Shown here: positions 39,403 through 52,100 of the stretch, one piece after another
Layout of the letters: every line of letters starts with the position of its first letter
How positions within the stretch are numbered: the first letter of the stretch is position 1
From: Octopus sinensis
Lineage: Eukaryota
Assembly: GCF_006345805.1 (NCBI RefSeq)
Contig: NC_043019.1
Span: 29,015,360 to 29,079,359 of the forward strand
DNA length: 64,000 nucleotides
Reading direction: 5' to 3'
The notes under the pieces: generated by a model
Seen by the model: the letters and a program-made list of their open reading frames with translations, nothing else
Database searches by the model: none
Told to the model about the DNA's origin: nothing
Translations under genes and position numbers: made by a program

Positions 39403-39933
39403 TCTTTATATATATAAACGGCAAAATGTTTGTGTGCGTGTCCTTTATACAAATCCACAATTTTTCAGTTAGAGGGCTTGCACTTTCTATGGTCATTCAA
39501 AACCATCCAACGACGGTCGCGCACATCTTTACATTTCCCCAGTCACCCCGTAAAGCCGTTAAAAAAATCAATAGAAGTTACTTTTTTGTGAATTTTCTAT
39601 CCAAAACCCAATCAAAATGCCCGAAACTTGATACGCCAATTGAATGCCAGCTAGCTGTATGTGATTGGTCGGAGATTTGGACAGTACTCGTGTGTATGTG
39701 CGCATGCACGCAGCTGTATATGCATGCACTAGCACTACTACACTATTGCTGCTGCTAGGATTAATGAAATTGTTCCACTCAGTTCATGGGATGTGTATAG
39801 AGAGACATTTAACTTGCCTGTTGTGAGTTATTACACACTATGTCAGAGAAAATTCTTTCTACAACCTCAGAAACAAAAGAAAATTACAGAGCCCCCTATA
39901 TTATTACTAGCACTTATGACCCGGCAACGCTAG
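39403..39933 (+). mobile_element. Non-autonomous Helitron
   Basis: A|TCtttatatatataaa 5' end; GC-rich gacccggcaacg then CTAG|T 3' end; no TSD. Confidence 0.7.
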
Positions 39934-41560
39934 TAATAATAAAAAACAACAACACACAGACACTCATATGTGGATGCATCCACATGCATGCACACATGAT
40001 GGACTTCTACAGAGTTTCTATCTATCAAGCTCCACTTGCAAGCTATTAGTAATCCCAACACAATGATAGAAGACATTTGCCTAAGGCACAAGCAAACGTT
40101 TTCAGGCAGGCCACACAACTAACACAAAATTCAAGGTAATTCTTCATTAGCGAGCCATTCAGAAAGTCTTGCAGGCTGCAAGTTACCCATGACTGGTGTG
40201 AGTTGTCATGCATTTGAATCACACATGCAAGAACATCACAGCAAAGCGAACCGCTGAACTTAGTCATGTCCCCTGTGACAAACAATGTCTTTGATAGATA
40301 ATGGATCCCTGTTTCCATTTTACCCTTTTTTTTGCTTTTCCTTTAAGCTTTTAACCTATTAATACGAGAGGGAATGTTTGCCAATAGATTAGATAAGTCA
40401 ATAATATTTATAGGGTTAAAAATGTTAATGGAACTTTTAACTATATCATATTTCCTGGTTTCATGTCTTCAAATGAAACCAATTTTGATATTCCATAAAA
40501 CAGCTAATTTGTTTCATATATATATTGTGTGAATGTGTGTATATGTGTGTGTACATATGAATATATGTCTATATATACATGTATGTGTACTGGGAACAAC
40601 TTTTCTTTATGATATATGGCTATATTCTGGTTTTCTCTTTTATAAATTCTTTCTTATTTTCATGCAGTTGACAATGGATTTTGAAACTTTATTGTTTCAA
40701 ACAAACTACAACGGTACTCGTACAGAAACATGAACAAGAAAAACCTAAATAAAAGAGATAAATCTAAAATGTAGTTGCATTTTCAATACATATGAGTGTG
40801 TGCGTGCATAGACTTATACACAAATACGTATGTGCATATATACATATGTATATATGCACATGTGCATATATATATGTATATATGCACACACACACACATA
40901 TATATATATGTATATAAGTGCATATATATATATGTATATATGCATATATATATGTGTGAGTGTGTGTGTGTGTATATAAGTGCATACATATATGTAGATA
41001 TGCACATATGTTTATAAGGGCATATATATATGTATATATATATATATACACATGTATGTATATATATATATATGCATATATATATACACACACACACACA
41101 TATATATGCATATATACATAAATACACACACACACACACATAACAATTGTGTGCATGTGTGTATATTCCTCTTTACTAGTGTGAACCCATGTTGTCCCTT
41201 TATGACAAATGCATAAACTTAGGAACGATAAAAGAAAAAAAATCAATAAAAACAAGTACAAAAGTGAAATAAGTAGAGAGAAGAGAGTTGTTAAATCTTT
41301 ATGATCAATTTAAAACTCTTTGAGGTGCTGCTCCAGCTTGGCCACATTCCAATGACTAAAATGACTGTTTTAGCATCCATCCCGTGGTTACAGTCCAAAT
41401 GAACCTATGTAGAAAATCGATTGCTAAGAGAACAAACCATAAAACACCACTGAGTCATCATTGGTGCACACCACAAGGTTAGTGTCTGGTCAGCTGTCTT
41501 GACAAAGGCATTACACCTCAGTGGTAGTTACTACTACTACTACTATTGCTGCTGATAGGA

Positions 41561-42041
41561 TTAACCCTTTCATTACTGTATTTATTTAGAGATGCTCTGT
41601 GTTTCCTTCAATTATTTTAAATATAAGAAAGAATTTAGTAAAATAACTAAGTTATCATTAAGCTAGTGTTAGGAACATAAATTGTGACTGAGGTTTGGTG
41701 GAAGATTTTGATTCAAAACTTATGAAAACAAGACATTTGTACTCCGTGCCAGAGGTGGTTTCGGGTGGGTTGGTAACAAATAGGTTAAGAATTGTTTGTC
41801 TATTATATATTTTAACCCTTTTGTTACCATATTTCTGATGAGATGTTCTGTGTTTCTTTCAATTAATTTTAAGTATAACAAAGAATTTAGTAAAATAACT
41901 TAGTTATCATTAAGCTAGTGTTAGGAACATAAATTGTGACTGAGGTTTGGTGGAAGATTTTAATTCAAAACTTATGAAAACAAGACATTTGTACTCAGAG
42001 TCAGAGCTGGGTTTCAGCCGGGTTGGTAACGAAAGGGTTAA
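41561..42041 (-). mobile_element. Family D piggyBac-type dimer
   Basis: TTAA at 41561, 41785, 41812 and 42038; the matching empty site is at 39761-39764. Confidence 0.9.
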
Positions 42042-43191
42042 TGAAATTGTTCCACTCAGTTCATGGGATGTGTATAGAGAGACTTTTAACTTGCCTGTTG
42101 TGAGTATTACACACACTGTCAGAGAAAATTCTTTCTACAACCACAGTGAGGAAGCCTCATGATCCAATAAGGACACCTCAGAAACCAAAGAAAATTACAG
42201 AGCCCCTATATTGTTATTTGACCCTGAAAAAATGTAGCTCTGGTTCCAAACAAGCATTGTTTTCAATGTGTGGAACCTTATTTTAAACTGAATGAAAATT
42301 CCTTGACCAAACTTGCCTGAAACAAGGTACTCGCAGTTAAGTTCCACCCAAACGATTCAAATCTTAAGTCAGTTTGACATAAAATTAGTCTGAAACTTCA
42401 ACTTGAAGGATCTTATTTAGATTTTTTTTTTCTGTCATGAAAAAAAAATTTTTTTCAGGCCCCTGAATTCATAAAGCTGATTACCTTGTTTCCATTGTAC
42501 CATGTAAGTGCACCACAATCATACCAACCCCCTTGAACAAGACACTGGTCTGTTACAGGGTTCAAGACAGGGGGTGGGGCAAATCAGTTTACATTGACTA
42601 GTACTTTATCAACCCTGAAGAGATGAAAGACAAAGTTGACTTCAGCAAGATTTGAACTCAGAACCTAAAGAGCTGGAAGGAATTCCACTAAGCATTTTGT
42701 CCAATGTGCTAACAACTTTACCAGCTCACCATCTTATTCAGATATAAACAAAAGGCTTTGTATCAAAGAACCAGAAATGGATCTCAGGTAGCTTGGTATC
42801 GAAAAAAGTTAATCAAGTTAAAATACACTATGGTTTCTTGATAGATTAAATAAATTATAACCAATAATAATAACAATAACACTTTTCCTATGCTTAAACA
42901 CATTATCAAGTCCAAACGAGGACTGGCAGACTCAGAATTCTTTCACTCAATTACTCATTTGTTCAAAGACTATGTAGACATTTCCATGAGTGTCTATCCA
43001 TTTGGAAAAAGTTAATGACATTGATGTAGTAGAATGGCTAAACTGTTTTTGTTATATATTTTTTTAAAACTTTTTTAAATGCTTTTTCAGAAGCAAGACA
43101 CAAAGTGTAATCCTAAGCTCCAGCACTCTCTCTCTCTCTCACCACTAACAAACATGTGTATATGTATACTGTCACCACCACTATCGTTGTC

Positions 43192-43318
43192 ATAATAATA
43201 ATAATAATATAATAATAATAATAATAATGATAATAATAATAATGACAATAATAATAATAATAATAATAATAATGAAAATAATAATGACAATAATAATAAT
43301 AATAATAATAATAATGAA

Positions 43319-43350
<32 letters not shown>

Positions 43351-43434
43351 AAATAATAATAATGACAATAAAATAATAATAATAATAATAATAATGACAA
43401 TAATATAATAATAATAATAATAATAATGACAATA

Positions 43435-43486
<52 letters not shown>
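43192..43486. repeat. (AAT)n microsatellite with periodic GAC/GAA interruptions
   Basis: Read directly from sequence. Confidence 0.92.
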
Positions 43487-43487
<1 letters not shown>

Positions 43488-43716
43488 TCCATTTCTCCAT
43501 ACTTAATTCTTGGGGTATATTTCCTACAGCCTGATACTATCCCTCTTGCCAACCCTTACCTGTGTTCGAGCAGGATACCATTTCCCTATAGCCAGACACA
43601 TATTCACAGAGTATTGGAAAATAAATGACGCTGCTTGTATGACAGTAACACTACCATCAACCAGATCCACTCACAAGGCTTTGGCCTGCTCAAGGCTATA
43701 GTAGAAGATATAATAA

Positions 43717-43947
43717 GGCAGTGAGATGGCAGAAACGTTAGCACACCGAGCGAAATGCTTAGCAGTATTTCGTCTGCCGTTATGTTCTGAGTTTAAATTC
43801 CGCCAAGGTTGACTTTGCCTTTCATCCTTTTGAGGTTGATAAATTAAGTACCAGTTACGCACTGGGGTCGATGTAATCGACTTAATCCCTTTGTCTGTCC
43901 TTGTTTGCCCCCTCAGTGTTTAGCCCCTTGTGGGTAGTAAAGAAATA
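43717..43947 (+). mobile_element. SINE A nested in a minus-strand SINE B
   Basis: 14-bp TSD tatagtagaagata at 43697-43710 and 43948-43961. Confidence 0.85.
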
Positions 43948-44080
43948 TATAGTAGAAGATACTTTTCCAAGGTGTCACAGATTGGGACAGAACCTGAGAC
44001 ACACAACCATGCCGAATATACACACACAAATCTATATACATTTATCTATCTATACATGTGTGTATGTATATATATATATA

Positions 44081-44305
44081 TAACGGGAAGCTTTATGAAA
44101 ATAAACAAAAGACGAAGGCAGGTTTACGGAAATAAACAAAAGACGAAGGCAGGTGGAATACAAACAAACAATTGTATTAGTATGGCGCTCAGGAATATAA
44201 ATAAAACAAGTCTTTTACGTTTCGAGCCTACGCTCTTCAACAGAAAGATACACAGAGAAGAAACACAGAAAGAAGGAGAGAAAAAAGGAGAGAAAAAAGA
44301 AGGAT
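44081..44305 (-). mobile_element. Penelope-like pseudo-LTR fragment in (TA)n
   Basis: Contains a hammerhead; related to the reverse complement of 58000-58196 (ttcctgagcg..aatac..ttccac); internal direct repeat aaataaacaaaagacgaaggcaggt x2. Confidence 0.55.
44211..44248 (-). ncRNA. Minimal hammerhead fold (Penelope pLTR type), A6U variant
   Basis: Minus: TCTTT-CTGTTGA-A-GAGC-GTAG-GCTC-GAA-ACGT-A-AAAGA. Confidence 0.65.
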
Positions 44306-44948
44306 ATATATATATATATATATATATAATTTAGATAGCTGAAATCAACACTGGTAGCAAAAGACAGTTTCATTGCATAAAAGACCTGCAATTTCTCATG
44401 CTGCCATATAGAAATTCCATTACAACTTTCTGAATAATTCTAAGACTTTCATACAAAGACATTGTCTGTAGCTGTGAATGTTGGCTTCAGCCAACAAAGT
44501 TAAATAATTACTATGCATTATAATATCGTATACTTTTCCATCCGTTTGATACTGCTAACTGATACACACACACACTAGCAATGCACCCATGCACAGGGAA
44601 GCAAGACATTCAGAGTATGGTAGATGTCTGACGGCAGGTATTCATTTTGTTGCACATCTCTGAACAGTTTCCAGGAGATTTATATGCTGAGCAATATTTT
44701 ATTTTTTTGTAGATTAGGTAGGCATAATTTGCCCCTGCTCTTCAATCACAGTATTTAAACTATGCATAGTACTGGTATAGTACATGTGCTGTGTACACTC
44801 CTACACATTTTCATTAGGTGCTATAAAGGCCAAAGTAAATCTGCCTTCAACTCAGTCACGCACCTGTGTTTTTTTTGCATGTTTTTCTACATACAAGTCA
44901 CCCATTGCCTACCCTGAGTAATGACTGAAGGCACGTGCCTTATATATA

Positions 44949-44991
<43 letters not shown>

Positions 44992-45243
44992 ATATATAAT
45001 ATATATTATATATGTATATATATATGTGTGTGTGTATGTATAATATATGTGTGTGTGTGGTATATATATAATATATGTGCATGTGTGAGCATATATCAAT
45101 GATTTCTCTGAGATGTCCTTGTTGATAGATCCTCAATTATATATCAGCATTAAGTTCTAATCATACACTTATAATAATAATAATAATATAAACAATAATA
45201 ATATATAATACTAATAATAATTCTCAATAATAATTCATAATAA

Positions 45244-45274
<31 letters not shown>

Positions 45275-45673
45275 AATAACAACCACAACAGCAATAACAA
45301 GTTCAATATGAAAAATTAATAACACAGTTATATCAATTCTAAATAGACCGACACACACACATGCACACTTACTGCCCTATATAACAGTATGTTCTTATAA
45401 TCTACAATATAATTATATTTTTTTTTACTAAATATTAATTGAATAAAACTCAAGTCATAATTAGCAAATAAGAAATAATTAATCTTATTTCATTTGTTAC
45501 AGATGTGTCAGCAACTATCATAGACATGAATAAGCATAGTAAAAAAAACTGCTGACGAAGCTGGGTTTTTAGCTCCAGGTTGACCATGCCAGAGCAGGCC
45601 TGTGAACTAATGTAAGGTAGTTATGGTCATTATATCTTTTATGTTAGGTATACATACACATATATGTATAATA

Positions 45674-45708
<35 letters not shown>

Positions 45709-47674
45709 ATGAATAACAGGTGCTTTAAAGAAGAAAGGATTACATATGGAAACTAGAACATTCCTTATAATGGAAACAAAGACTATAAAACAAGGTTGTT
45801 GATGAAAGTTTCTGTCATTATAACAGCAATGATCTTAAATTAATAAGGGATCCTCTATGGCAGGAAAGGTAATTCCTGTTCTCTGTAAGTAAAATATTAA
45901 ATAATGTATTTGATGGCATAAAAGATGCAGGGGGGTATTAGATGCACCCCAACCGCAGCAACATAAATTCGAGGGGAAAAAGTTTTTGGTGCTCTAAATC
46001 ATGCATTATAGGCCCATTTTTGGATATAGGACCTGAAGTGGTTGATGAATTTTTCCCTTTTTTTTTTTTTTTTGGTAAAAAAAAAGTGCATCATGTATGC
46101 CATCAAATACAGTAATAATCAAATTTGAAACTGCCTGCTGACAAAATCTGCCCCAACAAAGACCCCCACCAAAAAAAAAAAACAACAAAAAAAAAAACTT
46201 AGACCAAAACAGTGACTCAAATTAGATGTGAATGTGTAAGATTAAAGATTCATCATTTATCTGGGTACAGATGTGACTTCACAGGTTTGTATGAACTTCC
46301 AATTAATTTTGAGTGCCAAAAAACATTTCCTACTCTCAGCTCTATTAGAAACAACAGCTAAATTTAAACCCCAGATCATACCCTATTGTCATAAAAAAAA
46401 AAACCTTACATCTGGAATCCCTTCAGTGTGTAGTCTACCTTCACTACAAGAACTCAATACTGCAGGATGATAAAAACATGTTGAATAATGATTTATCATT
46501 AATGATATTCATAACTGATACATAAAAATTTACATTCAAATTCTTTAATGGCACAAGCTTCGTATATTGTTTAGGAATTCCACTCAGGTCAAAAGGGTTA
46601 AAAAGAAGAAAAAAAACAAAGGTAAGCACAGGCAGTAAATTCGTATCACGAGAATCCACAAAACCAGTTGAAGTTTTAGGAGACAGATCACGTTATTGCA
46701 CAGTGCACATTATGGATGATGTGGTAGACTATGGATACTGCGGTAGACCACATGTTAAAATAGCACATCTAAAGCAATATGCTACCCATGTTTTAATTAA
46801 CTTGAAAATATTCAAGAACTTTGAAGAATTGAGTAAAATAACTTTTTTCATTATTAAGCAAACATTTAGAACCAAAGTAAAAAAGAAAGTTTTTACCAAT
46901 TTATGATGGATGGTTTTAATATACCCTATTCTCCAGTGTCAAGGATGTGATTTTTTCCCCCAAAAAAATAAGTCTCAGTATAAAATTATGATGGATGATT
47001 TTAATTTACTGTATTTCCTGACAGTGAAGATACTATATTTCTCCACCTAAAATAAATCTCAAAAATTTGCCATATGTTCTAGATAATGATGGTTGCACTT
47101 TTTTATTAAGCAATGTTAACTTCAGAGAAATGTTATTTAAGCTAAACTTACCATATTTCCATACATTATAAAAGTGAAGGACAAACTATAGAGGACAAGT
47201 GATCAACAGGATTTTTATATCACTAAGCCATTAACAAACTATTTTAGTGAAAGTTTGAGAAAGTAGTGAATCACGTTTTATGTTTATTTTTTAACAAAAT
47301 TTTCAAGTCAAAACTGGGTTGTGTCTTCAAGATCAGAGTGCTCTTGATGCTGAGAGATACAGTAAATATGAATACAAACAACAAGGTTTTGTATCAAAGA
47401 ATCAGAAGCAGTCTCAGGTGAGGTGGCAAGCATGAAAGAACTAAAGAATTATAATGTTGGTTTGTAACACTGGCAAAAGGTCACGCATTTTGAAGTGCAG
47501 GGTATATAATCAATTAAATTCACTCAGTATTTGAGTGGTACTTTATATTATTGGCCTTAGAAGAAGGAAAGATAAAGTTAACCTTGGTGGGATTTGAACT
47601 CAGAATATAACTAATAACAGCATTGGACAAAACATCCAATGTTCTACCAGTCCAGTTCTACCAATACATATATT

Positions 47675-47905
47675 TATTTCTTTATACCCACAGGGGGCTA
47701 AACATAGAAAGGACAAACAAAGACAGACAAAGGGATTAAGTTGATTAAATTGACCCCCAGTACGTAACTGGTACTTGTTTAATCGATCCTGAAAGGATGA
47801 AAGGCAAAGTTTTCCTCAGTGGAATTTGAACTTAGAATGTAAAGACATGAAATACCGCTAAGCATTTCACCCGGCGTGCTAACGTTTCTGCCAGCTTGCC
47901 GCCTT
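47675..47905 (-). mobile_element. SINE family A
   Basis: Flanking repeat accaatacatatatt at 47660-47674 and 47917-47931. Confidence 0.85.
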
Positions 47906-48592
47906 TACATATATTAACCAATACATATATTAACATGAACAGTGTTAAATAATATTATATACTACAAAATTATATAGTATGAAATATTTACAACATATAA
48001 AGTAAATAGTATACAATGTATACAGTATATAGGAGTATCATATATTAAAAAGGGTATAATGTTATGTTCTAATATAAAGCTTATAATAGACTTATATAGA
48101 ACGAGGCATAAAATAACATAAGATATAATGTAGAGTGTAAAGTTACATATGTAAAATAATATAGCATATAAAATGTGTAATGTATGTATATTATAATAAA
48201 TTACCCATGTTGTACAGCATACATAGAAATATATATTATATAAAATATATTAATTATATAGAATACTATCAGAGAGTCACTAATGTAGCTGAAAGCAGAA
48301 CAAGGACAAGCGATTCATCCTGGAACCATTTGGAGGTGGAGGTTGGGGGAGCACTTTGGATGTGAACCACTCTCGTTTGGAAGTATGCTGGGTGTGGATG
48401 GGTGGGTGGGTGTGGTTAGGTGTGTGGGATAAATTCAAGAACAGCTTCAAGCAGCACAAACCTTAGCTAGGCTACTGTATCCAGTACATGAAATATACAG
48501 AAAAATAATACTGCATGTGTATGTGTGTGTGTGTATTGTATATAATGCAGTAAAATTAAGAGCATGAAATATATATATATATATATATATAT

Positions 48593-48629
<37 letters not shown>

Positions 48630-48819
48630 GCATATTATAAATGATTTTACGAATATCTTTCTCTCTCTATATATATATATATATAATTATACAATATATC
48701 CTATTATTATAGAGAATATAATGTACATATACAAAACATGTAATAAAATTATACAATATATACAATAATAATAATAATATATACAATAATAATAATAATA
48801 TATACAATAATAATAATAA

Positions 48820-49046
48820 TAATCCTTTCAAATACAGGCACAAGGCCTGAAATTTTCAGGGAGGGGGATAGTCTCTTACATTGCCATCTTGTACGTGACT
48901 GGTTCTTATTTCGGCGACCCCAAAGGGGTGAAAGGTAAGGTCAACTGTGGCAGTATTTGAACTCAGAATATGAAGACAGGCAAAATGCCATTAAGCATTT
49001 TGCCCAGCATGTTAATAATTCTAATAGCTTGCTGCCGCCACCATAA

Positions 49047-49078
<32 letters not shown>

Positions 49079-49568
49079 GTAGTAGTAGTAGTAGTAGCAG
49101 CAGCAACAGTTGTAGAAGTAGTAGTAATAATAATGGTTTCAAATTTTGGCCCAATGCCAGCAATTTTGAGGGAGGAGGTAAGTGTCGATTATTAAGTACC
49201 AGTATTTAACTGGTACTTATGTTATTGACCCTGAAAGGATGAAAGGCAAGTAGACCTCAGTGGAACTTGAACTCAGAACGTTAAGACAGATGAAATAACA
49301 CCACTAACAGTTCTGCCAGCTCACTGCCATCGTAATAGCAATGGTTTCAAATTTAGGCACAAAGCCAGTAATTTGGCGGGAGGGGGAGGGGACAAGTTAC
49401 ATTCACCCCAGTGTTCAACTGGTACTACTTTTATCGAACCTGAAAGGATGAAAGGCAAAGGTGACCTCAGCAGAATTTGAACTCAGAACATTTAGATGGA
49501 CAAAATGCCACTAAACATTTTGGTAGGCTAACAATTTTGCCAGCTTGCTGCCTTAAAGCCAGTTCCCC

Positions 49569-49606
<38 letters not shown>

Positions 49607-49735
49607 TGATGATAATTTCAAATTTTGGCACAAGACCAGCAATTTTAGGGGTAGGGACTAAGGCAATTTGATCAATCCCAGTGCTCAACTGGTACTTAAT
49701 TTATTGATCCTGAAGGGTTGAAAGGCAAATCGACC
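48820..49735 (-). mobile_element. Stack of four A-related SINEs with an alternative (ATT)n tail
   Basis: Repeated ttcaaat..ggcacaag.cc..actggtact..aaggatgaaaggcaa units near 48820, 49130, 49340 and 49615; others near 31820, 42570, 47455, 52125, 52420 and 58438. Confidence 0.8.
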
Positions 49736-50097
49736 CCCCTTAGGTAATAGTAAGAACAAAGGAAGAGCCCCCTTCCCCTGAGTCAATGAGCTGAGTGGCT
49801 GCACATCATACAACAAGTAGCAGCCAAATTTCCCTCAGATTATACCTTACTGTTTTAGAAATGAACATTGGGTAATATATTCTGAGGTACTACATAGGAA
49901 AAAGATGGAATGGGCATGGCCTTTGATCATAGGCCCATTTAAACGTTGACCTGAGGTTAAACTGCAACAATTTAGCACCAAAAAAAAAAAAAAATTATGG
50001 TTAAGGCTGAAATACCACAGCTTGGTCAGAGTTTACCTGGAGCTAAATAACAAAGGAAAAATATGATACAGACAATGGAATAATATAATACATGAAT

Positions 50098-50180
<83 letters not shown>

Positions 50181-50230
50181 TATATATGCAACACACACAT
50201 ACACACATATATGTATATATATATACACAC

Positions 50231-50263
50231 CTGATTGAAATATTGATTTTTGGGAAACCGCAT
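50231..50263 (-). CDS. Candidate first coding exon of the ZO-1-like gene (MRFPKNQYFNQ)
   Basis: tcaacATG start context, 11 codons, CAG|gtgtgt donor in phase 0 compatible with exon 21999-22046; unique sequence upstream (50420-50820). No homology support. Confidence 0.35.
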
Positions 50264-50841
50264 GTTGAAAGCAGAAAGAAAAAAAAAACACCTCCTCAAC
50301 AGAGATTGAATTTTCAATAACCACACACAATTTGAAATGAAAGAAAAAAAAGGGAGGAAAAAAAAAAGTTAGATATAAGTAAAAAAAAAAAAAAGAAAAA
50401 AGTGAAGCCTGTCGGTTCAATTCCCAGGTGATGATTCAGAAAATCATGCTATTACACATACTCCAGTAGTCAAAAGGGGGCTGCAAGCTGAATATATGGA
50501 GAAAAAAAAACTTAAGTGATAGTATGAGCTAACTGCACAAGCTAAATGAATGAAATACTGTAGAATAATACTACAGAACACGTCAATAAGTCAGTCCTAC
50601 TGTATACACACTTGCTGAAATGTGTCTGAATGAATTCAGTCAGATTTGGACCACCAAAACAAACACCTGCCTGCTGTTACTTTGTTACTAGGCTGGCCAC
50701 ACTTCACTACCGAACACACCACCGCCGCCACCACACTCAGGGAATTTCTTCATATCTATTTTTAGAAGTCCTTTATCTCTTTCACAGCAAGCAATTGATT
50801 GTTTTTTTGTTTTTATTTTAGATTTTGTAATATATATATAT

Positions 50842-50882
<41 letters not shown>

Positions 50883-51181
50883 TTATATCTATATATATGT
50901 ATTTTTTTTTTAGCTATGTTTTACTTTATACAGCAGACTGAAAGCTGGGATAGATGAACAAAGAGTGTACAATGTGTCAGGAAAACAACAACAACAGTAG
51001 CAATAACAGAAACAACAACTTAGCTAATGAATAGCTAAATAGCTTTACTAAAAAAAAAAATGTGTTTAAGAAGATTTAGAGTATTAGAATCTGGTTTAGA
51101 GTATTGTGTCAAATATAGATTTATGAGGAATATCATCAACTGGACACTACAGCTAGGTTAACTAAATTATTAGAATTATTC

Positions 51182-51221
<40 letters not shown>

Positions 51222-51226
51222 GATAA

Positions 51227-51650
51227 GGATCTTTTCAGTTTGACCGGCAGTTTTTTAAAATGATTTCCACGTAACTAAACACTTTTAAACTTCGTATACT
51301 GGTAGAATGTGTTTATAAAACATCTTTTTTTCTTGGCTTTATTGAGAAAATTCTATAGCTTGTAAGATATTTGTTGTTTTTTTTCTTCAATTTCTGCAAT
51401 TTCAACCAATCAATGACATCTATTGAGCTGAAAACATTTTGTGCCGTATGAATATGTCCCTCGTTTAAGAAACAGATCGGGTTTATTTACATTTCTGAAG
51501 AAAAAAAAAAGATACCCTTCCTCCTAACCCTAACTAACCTTAACCCTAAAACAGATTGAAATGCAATAGATCGATACTAGAGTCATAATTATGGGTGACA
51601 ATTTCATATAACACCGCTAGAAAAAACTGCCGTTCAAATCGAAAAGATCC
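51227..51650. mobile_element. TIR element, PIF/Harbinger-like MITE
   Basis: 30-bp TIR ggatcttttcagtttgaccggcagtttttt / aaaaaactgccgttcaaatcgaaaagatcc; TAA on both sides. Confidence 0.75.
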
Positions 51651-51654
51651 TAAT

Positions 51655-52100
51655 ATTTTGCTCAATACCTCAGATTTGCTTGTCAATTGTTTGACCATAA
51701 CCAGTTGAGCATGTCCCTTAGTGGCTGATGATATGTGCATCTCTGACCACGAGCAGAAGTAGTGGGGGAGCATCATAGCCATGTGTTGAGAGGGATTCTT
51801 TGGGGTTTGAATAATTCACCTCTGGAAACATGGGTGTTTTGTTCAACATCCTTAAACAACACTTATTCAGGGACCTTTTGAACGGGATGGGTTACTCGAC
51901 CAGGAGAAAATTCTAACTGGGCCCCACCTGCAAGGTCATGTGCTGTTTATCTTGATATGAGATCACCATCTTGCACACATATGGTTGTGATGCATGTGCC
52001 TAGTGTACCCTTATCAGACAGGTAGTCATGATGAGTATACTAGACTTCGTATATTTTACCCCAGTGTCACTTTGATGGCATGCACTGCTCTTTCACTCAA
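51655..52100 (+). mobile_element. Probable LINE 3' UTR ending in (TAA)n (R4/Dong-like by target preference)
   Basis: Complex, higher-GC block between two (TAA)n tracts; clade assignment is inference only. Confidence 0.4.

Noticed and set aside
43192-43486. Regularly interrupted repeat as a CRISPR-like array
   Set aside because: Simple (AAT)n slippage in eukaryotic DNA; no unique spacers or cas genes.
48389-48430. G-rich GGGT tract as a G-quadruplex
   Set aside because: Indistinguishable from the many simple repeats here; no further support.
50031-50056. Six-nt micro-exon pattern tttag|ctccag|gtaaac
   Set aside because: Part of a dispersed repeat (tttagc.ccaggtca) seen many times in the window.
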